Of a stretch of 64,000 bases of DNA, positions 29,264 through 39,200 are shown piece by piece. Origin of the DNA: Candidatus Thorarchaeota archaeon (GTDB taxonomy: Archaea; Asgardarchaeota; Thorarchaeia; Thorarchaeales; Thorarchaeaceae). The stretch lies in assembly GCA_029855935.1 (NCBI GenBank), contig JAGSHN010000004.1, positions 96,001 to 160,000 on the forward strand, read 5' to 3'. Under the pieces are notes generated by a model. The model saw only the letters and a list, made by a program, of their open reading frames with translations. It ran no database searches and was not told where the DNA came from. A program made the translations under genes and the position numbers. Position 1 is the stretch's first letter. The number at the start of each line of letters is the position of its first letter.

Positions 29264-29848
29264 TCAGTCCACGGATGCCTGGGGAAGAATACTGGCACGT
29301 ATCGCATTCTGGAACAGCATCTGAAAGGCCTCCAGAATGTTGGTGCCGTTACGGGCTACGCTCGGGAAAATTGGAACAGCAAGAGGAATCTTCACCGAGG
29401 AACGGAACTCTTGCTCACCAATCGGATTCGGCATATCATACTTGTTCAGTAGTATGACCACTGGGACTATCCTCTCGGCTGAGTCTATCATATCTACAAG
29501 CTCATTCCAGCTAGCGATGTTGTCATCCAGAAGATGCCTCTGTGAGTCGGCCACAAATACCACCCCATCGGTTCCGGTCATAACAACATCGCGAGTCGCA
29601 CGATAGAAGTCTTGACCTGTTGCAGTCCATACATGGGCACTGATACTCCACCCAGAAGATATGGGGATGGAGAGTGTGCCGTAGTCGCAGAACATCGTTC
29701 TGCCAAGAGTGTTCTCGATGGAGCTGAGTCTGTCTGGACAACCCAGCGCCTTGAACAGCCAGCGTACCGATGTCGTCTTTCCACTCATTGCTGGACCAAA
29801 GAAGACAATCTTCAGGCCAATGTTCCGATTTCCATAGTCAACAATCAT
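29264..29848 (-). CDS. MglA-type small GTPase
   Basis: KIVFFGPAMSGKTT (G1), RTMFCD (MglA RTLFFD-like), TATGQ (MglA TVPGQ-like G3), DGVVFVADS, NKYD (G4), SVA (G5). Confidence 0.9.
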   Translation of the reverse strand: MIVDYGNRNIGLKIVFFGPAMSGKTTSVRWLFKALGCPDRLSSIENTLGRTMFCDYGTLSIPISSGWSISAHVWTATGQDFYRATRDVVMTGTDGVVFVADSQRHLLDDNIASWNELVDMIDSAERIVPVVILLNKYDMPNPIGEQEFRSSVKIPLAVPIFPSVARNGTNILEAFQMLFQNAIRASILPQASVD

Positions 29849-29862
29849 GTCATCTTATCCTC

Positions 29863-30783
29863 CTAAGCGCCCCACATACTATCCACCCACGACCCCAACC
29901 CCAGGAGAGTATCGTCTGTGACGCAATCAGAGAAATCCTCGTGCCACTCAGCACCAATGAAGCGGACAAAACTGGAGAGACCACCAATGTTCCATCCAGC
30001 CGCCTCAAACAGGTTTCTCTCAGTCAACCGTACATTAATGCCAAACTCGCGAACAAGACGAACTCTCGTCAGAATCGTCACAGCACGACGAGCAGCGTGA
30101 ACAAAGGCGGAAATCTCCTCGACAAACATGTCACGTGTCACCATCTCAGCCTCTTCTTCCAGATCAAGGAAAGAGTCGATGAAATTGCCAGCGAGAGATT
30201 GACCACGCAGGGACTTTCTCAGGAGACGGCGAATACGCTCCAAAGCCTGTTTCTTGCGCCCCAGAATCTTGGAGAGGATGTGCGATTCTATCGTGGGTTT
30301 GGCAGGAAGGGGACGAGCCATCTTGAATTCCGCGTCGGAGGGGCCATACACCCGTAGAATGCCACAGTTGGGGGAAGAAGCCAAGATGACAGTGAGTAGA
30401 CGGTCGACCATCAGTTCGTCTATTGTTAGACCTAGCGATTTCTCGCCCAGTGAAACTCCTATTATCCAAGCCGTGAAGGAAGTTATTCTATCGATTACGA
30501 GGCGCAATGAGTTGGAGAGAGAGCAAACTATGACTCTAGAGGCCTCGAAGTCGTGACGCTCTTCTTCCAACAGGGAAAGCAGCTCATCTTCTGTCGTGAA
30601 GTCCCGCCAGAAAACGACTCGGTGTCTATGCGGGGCAATCTCAGCTAGACTCTTTACAAAATCGTCAACGACCTCCGAGTCACTGCCAACAACGAGTATG
30701 GGGTACCTGTGAAGAACAGCATGTAGCATCAATGGAAACTGTCTATCGAAGAGGGTCATCAGTTTCAGTATTGAGTACGACAT
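29863..30783 (-). CDS. Hypothetical protein, DENN/folliculin-C-like domain suspected
   Basis: FPLMLHAVLHRYPILVVGSDSEVVDDFVKSLAEIAP resembles the cDENN helix-strand-helix-Pro core; operon with roadblock and GTPase genes. Confidence 0.55.
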   Translation of the reverse strand: MSYSILKLMTLFDRQFPLMLHAVLHRYPILVVGSDSEVVDDFVKSLAEIAPHRHRVVFWRDFTTEDELLSLLEEERHDFEASRVIVCSLSNSLRLVIDRITSFTAWIIGVSLGEKSLGLTIDELMVDRLLTVILASSPNCGILRVYGPSDAEFKMARPLPAKPTIESHILSKILGRKKQALERIRRLLRKSLRGQSLAGNFIDSFLDLEEEAEMVTRDMFVEEISAFVHAARRAVTILTRVRLVREFGINVRLTERNLFEAAGWNIGGLSSFVRFIGAEWHEDFSDCVTDDTLLGLGSWVDSMWGA

Positions 30784-31727
30784 CAGTCATTACCTCCCAG
30801 TACTAATCGTGGCTCGGCTATTCCTGACATCAGGAGCTCGCGCAAGTCCTCCGGTATGCTCGTGGATGCCCTAGACAGCGATTCCAGAACTTGAGAGGCC
30901 TCGGCAAGATAGTGGCGCAATAGAAGACGAATGAGACCAAGCTTCTGGTTTGTGTGACCGACCCAGAGACTAAAGACTCCGTTGGGAACGGAGTAGAGAA
31001 AGTGGCGGCCACGTTCAGCCTCACAGAGAACTCGTTGAAGAGAGGCGTTCCTGAGGGTTCGCACAACACGTTCAGATGCCCCGTGCAGGGCAAATGACAT
31101 GGCAGCGAATCTGTCGTCTGTGAATCCCGTCAGAGATATTCGGATTCCACCATTGAGAGCAAAGAAGGCAGAGTGAGTCCCAGGAATTGTGTCACTGATC
31201 TGTTGGAGAATATTACGAAGGCCGAGAGCATGTGCGCGATCTAGAGAAAGGATGGGGTACGAGGTCGGGTTGTGAGCAACAATACCATCTGTCACGGAGA
31301 ACCCGCTGAGCACCTCACGCGTATCGTCTGGTGAATAGGATCTCAATGGGGGCCGCCTGCCCTCAAGGTGCTCTTGGAGAAGAAACGTGATCCGTGACAG
31401 GTTCTGCTTCATTTCCATGAAGAGCGCGGCCAGATTGACACGTGGAGCGGTTGTCACTGTGAGGAAGAAGTGCGGATTCTTGGGAAGCGACGCTAGAAAG
31501 ATCTTTGAGGTGTCGGTTTCCATCAGTAGATACTTGAATGCCCCATGTACGAGTCTTGCCACTCCAAAGATTGCACAAGTGGCTGACGCGACTGAGAAGA
31601 CTTCATCTCTGCTGAACCAGACTCCGGCACTGGCGACAGGTAGCCCATCTTGCTGGATGAGTACTACGTTCTCAACGCCGACTATCTCGCGAATGTCCTG
31701 TAGTGCTTCGTTGAGCTCGCTCGTCAA
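30783..31727 (-). CDS. Tandem roadblock/LC7 (MglB/LAMTOR-like) domain protein
   Basis: Two repeats: LQDIREIVGVENVVLIQQDGLPVAS and LQQISDTIPGTHSAFFALNGGIRIS..FAAMSFAL; each ends in a NLAAL/KLGLI-type motif; start probably TTG 31727. Confidence 0.82.
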   Translation of the reverse strand: MTSELNEALQDIREIVGVENVVLIQQDGLPVASAGVWFSRDEVFSVASATCAIFGVARLVHGAFKYLLMETDTSKIFLASLPKNPHFFLTVTTAPRVNLAALFMEMKQNLSRITFLLQEHLEGRRPPLRSYSPDDTREVLSGFSVTDGIVAHNPTSYPILSLDRAHALGLRNILQQISDTIPGTHSAFFALNGGIRISLTGFTDDRFAAMSFALHGASERVVRTLRNASLQRVLCEAERGRHFLYSVPNGVFSLWVGHTNQKLGLIRLLLRHYLAEASQVLESLSRASTSIPEDLRELLMSGIAEPRLVLGGND

Positions 31728-31863
31728 TCTATGGGCCTCACATAACAATGGTCTGCAGTAGGGTTTGGTAGAACAGTATATAATCACCACACAGCACAGT
31801 CCATATAGTCACACACAATGACAATGCCAGATTGAACCATAGCGAATTGGAAGACAGTACTGT

Positions 31864-32682
31864 ATGAGAGATGGTGGTCAATTGGTTAGTGATCTCACAA
31901 TTGTAAAACTTGGAGGGTCCGTAATCACATACAAGGATAAAGTGCCCCCCAAGACAGACATTGATGCACTAGACCGAATAGCGCAGGAGTTGAGGGCGTG
32001 TCGAGGCCCCTTGATTGTCGTGCTTGGCGGAGGGGCACACGGCCATCAAGCCGCGAAGCACTATGGATACGACACGCCAGAGGGGATGGAGCGACGGCTT
32101 GAGGGTGTCCCGCTAATTCGTCACAACATGACCTTGCTTTGTCAGGATGTGCAGGACTCATTGGCGAGAGCGGGCATTTCAACCGTCAGCATTCCACCAT
32201 TTTGCACATTTGTCTTGAACGCTGAGAAGATTGATGAATACTTTATAGAGCCCATAGTGATGTCACTCGAGTCGGGGTTGACCGTTGTCACACACGGCGA
32301 CGTGTGTTTCGATAGAAGCCATGGTGCATCGATTCTCAGTGGGGACACCCTTGTTTCGTGGCTGTCAGCACAACTGGGTGCGCCTAGGGTTCTAGTGGGA
32401 ACTGATGTCGATGGCATCTACGACTCCGACCCTCGTATGAACCCTGATGCAAAACTAGTTCGCCGAGTTGACAACTCGAATGAATTATTTGTGCTGGATG
32501 GCCTTGGGCCGTCGGCCTCAATTGATGTCACAGGCGGGATGCTAAAGAAGGTGAGGGAATTGATAGAGGCGGCACAACATGGCGCTACCGTGACCATCTT
32601 CAATCTCAGCGTCGAGGGGCGGCTAGAGGCACTGCTTCGAGGAGAGGAAACTATCTGTACGAGAATTGCTTTCAATCATTGA
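31864..32682 (+). CDS. Isopentenyl phosphate kinase
   Basis: KLGGSVITYK, GGGAHGH, HGDV, SGD, DVDGIY, DVTGGM. Confidence 0.92.
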   Translation: MRDGGQLVSDLTIVKLGGSVITYKDKVPPKTDIDALDRIAQELRACRGPLIVVLGGGAHGHQAAKHYGYDTPEGMERRLEGVPLIRHNMTLLCQDVQDSLARAGISTVSIPPFCTFVLNAEKIDEYFIEPIVMSLESGLTVVTHGDVCFDRSHGASILSGDTLVSWLSAQLGAPRVLVGTDVDGIYDSDPRMNPDAKLVRRVDNSNELFVLDGLGPSASIDVTGGMLKKVRELIEAAQHGATVTIFNLSVEGRLEALLRGEETICTRIAFNH

Positions 32683-32774
32683 TGGGAAGGCGTTGGATGT
32701 GTTAGAAGATAAGGTTTTTATCACAAGTGGTTGACGGACGCGAGGACGCAACAGCTAAGAGTGGCGAGGTCCCT

Positions 32775-33086
32775 ATGACTCAGAAAGCGCGCATTCGACT
32801 TTCGAGCACGAACACGGAGCATCTGGATAGCGTATGCAACCAGATTCGTAGGATAACTCGGAAGACTGGAGTGAGGATGTCAGGTCCAATCCCCCTCCCC
32901 ACGAGGCGTATGGTAGTCCCAACTCGGAAGACTCCGTGTGGCCAAGGATCTGAGTCATGGGATAAGTGGGAGATGCGCATTCACAAGCGGCTGATTGATA
33001 TCGATGCAGACGAACGGGCAATGCGCCAGATAATGAGAGTCCGTATTCCAGACTCTGTCTATATTGAGATTGAGCTGACGGGCTAA
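32775..33086 (+). CDS. rpsJ: 30S ribosomal protein S10 (uS10)
   Basis: [34 protein letters not shown]. Confidence 0.98.
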   Translation: MTQKARIRLSSTNTEHLDSVCNQIRRITRKTGVRMSGPIPLPTRRMVVPTRKTPCGQGSESWDKWEMRIHKRLIDIDADERAMRQIMRVRIPDSVYIEIELTG

Positions 33087-33296
33087 TACGGCCCCTATCA
33101 CTAAGCGCAAGGCGGACAGCCATACTGTGGACAGCTTGAGCTGAAACATACCATTGCTGGCAACAGCATTCAACCTGCCTTTAGGAGGCTGGCGGACTCA
33201 GTCTGAGCAATCTGACAAGCATTCTTTCTGTCCCAGTCACAAACTCCTTTTGTATTTGAAACAAATAGTGCATCAGCATAGCGGAGAAACACGACA

Positions 33297-35120
33297 ATGT
33301 GTGGAATCATCGGCGTAGTACAGAGAAAAGGTCTTGTTGCACCATTTCTTTACCAAGCGCTAAAACGTCTCGAGTACAGAGGATATGATTCAGTCGGTGT
33401 GACAACGATAGCCAATGGGAAACTCTACACAAAGAAGGATAAGGGTAAGATAGAGGAGGTGCACAAGAGGCTCAATCTTGACGATCTTCCAGGCTCAATA
33501 GGAATTGGACACACAAGATGGGCAACCCACGGAATTCCATCCATGTATAATGCCCATCCTCACTTCGACTGCTCCGGAAAGATTGCCGTGGTACACAACG
33601 GAGTGATTGACAACTTCTTGGAACTCAGACGAGAGCTCGCTGGAAGAGGACACAGATTCAACTCAGATACAGACACAGAGGTCATCCCTCACCTAATAGA
33701 GGAATATATGGAGGAGGGGTTGAACATTGTTGAGGCTGTCAGACAGGTGACAAAGCGAATTAGGGGGACATACGCGATTGTTGCAATGACAGCGCAAGAA
33801 CCTGAAAAGATTGTATGCACTCGGGACGGGAATCCACTTGTCATTGGGCAGGGGGATGGAGCGGCATATGTCTCCTCCGATATTCCGGCGTTTCTCCCGG
33901 CCACAAACAACATGATTCTACTGCTTGATGGAGAAATTGCCACACTCACGCCCGACGGAATCAGAATAGAGAACCTGTCCACTGGAGAAGTATTGACTAG
34001 GGACCCCATTAAGATCAGCTGGACTGCCGACCAAGCACAGAAAGGTGGCTACCCGCATTTCATGCTGAAGGAAATACATGAGCAGCCCGAGGCAATACGG
34101 AATACCCTCCGCATCCGCCAAGAGGTCCTGGACGCAGCTGCAGAGATAATTAGCAAGTCGGATAGGCTCTTCCTCACCGCTATGGGTACATCAGGCCACG
34201 CAGCTCTAGCTGGTCGCTTCATGTTTGCATCCATTGCAGGAATTCTCCCCATATTTGAGATAGCAAGTGATTTTCCTGACACGGTCGGTGATGTGCTGCA
34301 GCCAAGTGACTGCGTAGTTGCGATTACTCAGTCTGGCGAAACTAGTGATACCATTTTCGCTGTAAAGCATGCGAGAGAGCGAGGCGCAAAGGTGCTTGCA
34401 CTCACGAATGTCGTTGGTAGCTCCATCACACGAGCCGCAGACCGTACAATTATCACGCAGGCAGGACCAGAAATTGGTGTTGCAGCAACCAAGACGTTCA
34501 TGGTTCAGCTAACGGCCTTGGCCCTCTTGTCTATCGCCCTAGGAAGGCGCATGGAGGCCAGACAAGCCTCATTCTTTGATGCGAAGAGTGAAGCGCTTCA
34601 ACGAATGCCAGACATAGTATCTGAAACGATTGTTCGGAATGAGGAAGTCGCACGTAGGGTCGCCGAGAGATACCATGACCGTGGCAGCTTTTTGTTCTTA
34701 GGCCGGGGGATATCTATAGCCACAGCTCTTGAGGGAGCATTGAAGCTGAAAGAGATATCATACAATCACGCGGAGGGGTACTCAGCTGGGGAGTCGAAAC
34801 ACGGCCCAATTGCATTGATTGAGCCGGGTTTCCCAGTTGTGTTCATAGCTCCGAGGGATAACACCCGAGACAGGCTTATGGGCAATATCATGGAGATGAG
34901 AGCAAGAGGCGCCTCAATCATCAGTGTGATAGAACGAAACGACAAGGAACTGGCGAGTCTATCTGACGATGTCTTCGAGGTGCCACAGAATGTTGACGCG
35001 GAGTTTTCAACCATGCCGTTCGTTGTGCCGCTGCAGTTGTTGAGCTATTATATGGCCACAAAGAGGGGGTACGATCCGGACAAGCCGAGGAATCTAGCCA
35101 AGTCGGTCACTGTCCTGTAG
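33297..35120 (+). CDS. glmS: Glutamine-fructose-6-phosphate transaminase
   Basis: MCGIIG, LEYRGYDS, GHTRWATHG, TQSGET, PRNLAKSVT. Confidence 0.98.
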   Translation: MCGIIGVVQRKGLVAPFLYQALKRLEYRGYDSVGVTTIANGKLYTKKDKGKIEEVHKRLNLDDLPGSIGIGHTRWATHGIPSMYNAHPHFDCSGKIAVVHNGVIDNFLELRRELAGRGHRFNSDTDTEVIPHLIEEYMEEGLNIVEAVRQVTKRIRGTYAIVAMTAQEPEKIVCTRDGNPLVIGQGDGAAYVSSDIPAFLPATNNMILLLDGEIATLTPDGIRIENLSTGEVLTRDPIKISWTADQAQKGGYPHFMLKEIHEQPEAIRNTLRIRQEVLDAAAEIISKSDRLFLTAMGTSGHAALAGRFMFASIAGILPIFEIASDFPDTVGDVLQPSDCVVAITQSGETSDTIFAVKHARERGAKVLALTNVVGSSITRAADRTIITQAGPEIGVAATKTFMVQLTALALLSIALGRRMEARQASFFDAKSEALQRMPDIVSETIVRNEEVARRVAERYHDRGSFLFLGRGISIATALEGALKLKEISYNHAEGYSAGESKHGPIALIEPGFPVVFIAPRDNTRDRLMGNIMEMRARGASIISVIERNDKELASLSDDVFEVPQNVDAEFSTMPFVVPLQLLSYYMATKRGYDPDKPRNLAKSVTVL

Positions 35121-35294
35121 GTTCCAAATACGGGCTTAAATACCTCAGCAGGTAGATGACAGTGACGGTGACTTGACCCCTCTCGACGTGATAGGAGAGT
35201 GATAGGTCCTCCTACGGCGACACACGAGGAGGGCGCAGTTTCAGATCCGTCCGTAACGCTGACCATACAAGATCAAGAGGAGAACTGGAAAGGC

Positions 35295-35555
35295 ATGTCA
35301 GGTGGGCTTACAATCTCGGCACTCTCGGACTTTGCACGTATCGTGGCCCAGTATCTGGCGGAGATTTGGCAGTTCCTGATATTCATCGGTCAGGTCGCTA
35401 GCGTAGTTGTCATCCTTGTGGGAGCAATCCTCTGGCTGACCCAAGTCAATGTATCGAAGGGAAAGGCCATGGTCCTAAGTGGGGTGATACTTGCCATAAT
35501 AGTGCAGTACTTTGTAATGTATCCGCCTGCCCTAGTCGCTCGGCTCAGTCCATAG
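35295..35555 (+). CDS. Small 2-TM protein, VirB2/TrbC/CedA1-like pilin candidate
   Basis: 86 aa: amphipathic helix, TM1 (FLIFIGQVASVVVILVGAILWL), basic loop SKGK, TM2 (MVLSGVILAIIVQYFV). Confidence 0.5.
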   Translation: MSGGLTISALSDFARIVAQYLAEIWQFLIFIGQVASVVVILVGAILWLTQVNVSKGKAMVLSGVILAIIVQYFVMYPPALVARLSP

Positions 35556-35561
35556 TGTTCA

Positions 35562-36128
35562 CTATGTGCTGAGCACCCCATCACTCCACTCCCGCACCAA
35601 ACGGTCAATTCTCTTACACAGCCACTTCTCTTCGGGAGTCATCTGACGCAGTCTTTCTTGTGTAACTCCAGCTCGGGCAGCGCGAAGAATCTTGGAGAGA
35701 CGAGTGTTACTTAGCGACTCCGTCAATCTTTGTATTCCATCAATCTCCTCAAGTATTCGAGGATCGAGGGCGCTTCTATCGCGTTGCAGTCGCCTAATCT
35801 TCTCGGCAACAGCTACGTACAATGGAGCAGGCGGGATGCCTCCGTAGAGATCGCGCGGGTGCTTTCGTTCTTGTTGAAAGATATTACGAAGGCGTTGAAT
35901 TGAGTCGAATGCGTCGTTTGGGTCCAGCTCGACAGTATTGTGAAGCAGAAGAACGTTGAGTGCCCAATTCGGCAGCTCGGTCTGTGTATCGGGTGACAGG
36001 GGGCCGACATCCTTACCGCCAATAGTAATCGACCCGAGTGCACGTGTAAGTCGACATCTTCGGCCACTGTTCAGGAAGGCCATTCGGAGACGAGAGAATG
36101 CTTCTTGGGCAGTAGTTTCCAGTTTCAT
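35562..36128 (-). CDS. GINS complex subunit Gins23 (Psf2/Psf3-like)
   Basis: N-terminal B domain (GPL..TELPNWALNVL), helical A domain with RLSKI and MTPEE. Confidence 0.75.
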   Translation of the reverse strand: MKLETTAQEAFSRLRMAFLNSGRRCRLTRALGSITIGGKDVGPLSPDTQTELPNWALNVLLLHNTVELDPNDAFDSIQRLRNIFQQERKHPRDLYGGIPPAPLYVAVAEKIRRLQRDRSALDPRILEEIDGIQRLTESLSNTRLSKILRAARAGVTQERLRQMTPEEKWLCKRIDRLVREWSDGVLST

Positions 36129-36263
36129 TCGTGACCACTAGGAGCTGTTGGTTGTCAGCTCATTAAAAGATGATGGGATATCCGGTGTGACAAGTTTGTT
36201 GCATACACAGTTTCTTGAGAACGCAGGTGGTTCGTAGAAAAGCCGTGCTCACGTCGAGGGATA

Positions 36264-39200
36264 TTAGAGATCCAGTAGTGATGGACACTGACCAGGAACC
36301 CAGCTGTTTTCCATCAAATTGCTCAGTGAGATGATACGGCACCCGCGCGGGATATTGTCCAAGTTATCAGCATACTCGGCAGCTGGAAGGATAATAGTAA
36401 GTATGGAGGGAGGGCACTCTTCACCGTGCGGGCCGCCATCGTGCCGAACTGAATCATAGATCTCGGAGCGAGAAGGGAAGACTAGGTATGTCATACTCCC
36501 GTCACAGATTGATTTCCCACACACTGTGGGGCTCTCACTTCCCTGTTTTCTGAGCGAGTCCAACAGATGAGCAAGGCAGTAGTCCCGAAGTTGATTCAGA
36601 AAGCTCTGGGTTGCGACCCAGAGACCCCTGTCTATAGAGAGATCATCGATGCTATACGGCACGCGAATCGCGAACAACTTCTCATCTAGTAGCAGCTCTG
36701 ACAATGCACGACGCCCACCACTCTTATTGAGTTCGACACTATGCGCGCCCGTGGATTGTACTGCGACTGTGTCCAGAAACTCCAGCAGTTCACCCCATCG
36801 TACGCGTCCGTTATTAATCGTGACGTAACGCAGAAGGAGATTGCTCCAGACTTCATCGGCCATTGCAGGAGAAGGTTCTGTGGATGAGGGCGCATCCAGC
36901 TCTATTCCTGCATTGAGCCCACCATCTTGGTAGGCACGAGTTGCAATCGTGGTGTCGGAAAACGTGGACTCACGACTGGATAATGCGTCCGCTATGTCAA
37001 GGATCATACGGTCGATTGAAGAGGGAAAGGCAGGAATGACTTGGAATTCACTAGGGTGGGGAGCGTTTATGATGACCTCACGTACTTTTGCAGCCGCAAC
37101 GCTTCCCCTCACGATAACGAACAACCTAGAATCCTTTCCTACTGTTGCAACTAACGATTCCAGAGACTCAAGCGAGTCGGAGAGGGTAGCTGCCCGTAGT
37201 GAATCTGGGAACACAATAATGCGCACCTGATCGCCCACAGTAATTATACTACCGTTGACTCTAGTCTGTTGCCCAAACCCCACTTCTTCTAGCCTACGAC
37301 AGACGTAGTTCTTGATGATCTCCAGAACAACGGAGCGTCCCTCTCCGGGAAGAGTATAGATGAAGCCATCTCTAACAAGCCCAATTGCTTGGCGCTCAAT
37401 AGTCCCGAGAGTAATCAGCTCTGTTTTCAGCTCTGAGATCTCCTGTTTGGAAACGGATGTAATTGAAACTAGGACGGAGTGCAGCTCGGACTCGGTTAGG
37501 TATCTCCTGCTTTCCAGTGCATCAATGACATGCTCGGTGATTCTCGCAAATTGGTCGTACACAACAGTGGGCGGTTCGTTTCTCACGCCGTAACTGGCTT
37601 GGAGCAAGGTTGGTTGTACTCCAGACATTGGTACATCCTCTTGAGAATCGACTGAAACGGCGGAACCAGTAGGTGCAGGAAACGCGGTCGGAACAGTCAT
37701 CAACTCAAACGCATCGGTGACAGGTGTTGTCATTATTGCACGCCCTCTCCTCAGAGTGCGCAGATATCTCTCTTGTTCCGAATCCAACGAAAGAAGACGT
37801 GCTCCCACAAGGCTGTCGTAGGGCAATTTGAAGACTATCTTGGTGCCAGTATTGGCAAGTATGTTTGACGATACGGTAGGACGTGTCGCGACAACTATTA
37901 CCCCCTGCCCCGTTGCTCTCTGAAGCATAACCATTGACTCACCTGTAGTCACATCGGCGGCGGTAGAACGCGTGTAGCTCTCGGGGACGAGGTTATTGGC
38001 TTCTTCAAGAACAACGACATGGTGCAAGCCGTCCGAGATTCCACGTCTGAGAGCGGCCTCGAAGACTCTCTTCGCAATGAGATTATACAAGATGCGGGCA
38101 GCGTCCATCCCGCCAACCCGGGCCACGTGGCTCAAATCAAGAACTACACGCCGTTTCATGAGGGAGCTGAAGTGTACAGAGGCGCGTCCCCCGGCAAGGA
38201 TTGATGCCAATGGCTCCCTGCGTAGTATCTCCAAACGGTTCAACAATGCGTCAATTGTAAGGCTATTTGTGGAGTCCTTTCCCCTCTTGCCCTCGATTAC
38301 GCGGATCAGTGCTTTCGCCGAACGGTCTGGCAGCCTAGCAACCTCTTCCAGACAGACTAGTAACATTCGCTCCATCGCGGGGGAAAGATCAGAGCTTGAG
38401 CTACGTTCGTGAAGGATTTCTCTCAAGATTGCAAAGGTTGTGTGAGCAGCATTTTGGAGGTCGTCGGTTTCTTCGTCAATCAAACTCATTACAAAAACAT
38501 CATCCAGGCCGGGCTTGAATACGAGGACTTCGCCCGGTGAGAACGCCGCCAAATCGGCGTATTCAGACCCTTTCACATCGAAGACCCACCATGGAATCGT
38601 TGTCTTAACCGTGAGCTCCCAGATAATCCGTTTTACCACGGTCGTCTTCCCCATCCCGGTGGCACCAAGTACGGCAAGATGCTGGCGCAGCCACACTGGT
38701 TTCAAGCCAACAGGATTGAATTGTCGACCCTTGTATACAGACCATCCAATGAAGAGTTCGTTGTCTGTCAGGCTTCTTGATGGAACAGGGAAGTCTGGCA
38801 AGTCTACGGTATCCAGTTCAGGGATATGCTGAACTGGAGTATTGACGAACGTGACGAGCCTACTTGTGTGTAGACGTTGTGGTTTGATGTGTCGGCGCAT
38901 CAACACGCGGAGCAAGAACGCGGGATTTGGACGCTTGAGTACAAACCGGAATGAATCGTCCTCGCCCCAGATTGAATGGACAATTCCGTCCAGACGATTC
39001 GCCGCTCCCTTAGAGCTAGTAGACTGAAGGAGGCGAATAGTTGTTGTTACGCTAAACCACCCCTGATTGTCACGAGCAGCTGCAAACTCTTCCATGAGTC
39101 GTTTCTTACTGGTGTGGTCCTCAAGAGAGTCCTCTCGCCTCTTCTCTCTGGCGCGAATTTGGCGCCATCTGTGTTCTAGCCTCCGGCGTTGGCGACCGGG

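Noticed and set aside
33087-33296. glmS ribozyme upstream of glmS
   Set aside because: The conserved ribozyme core is not recognisable, and this RNA is known from bacteria.
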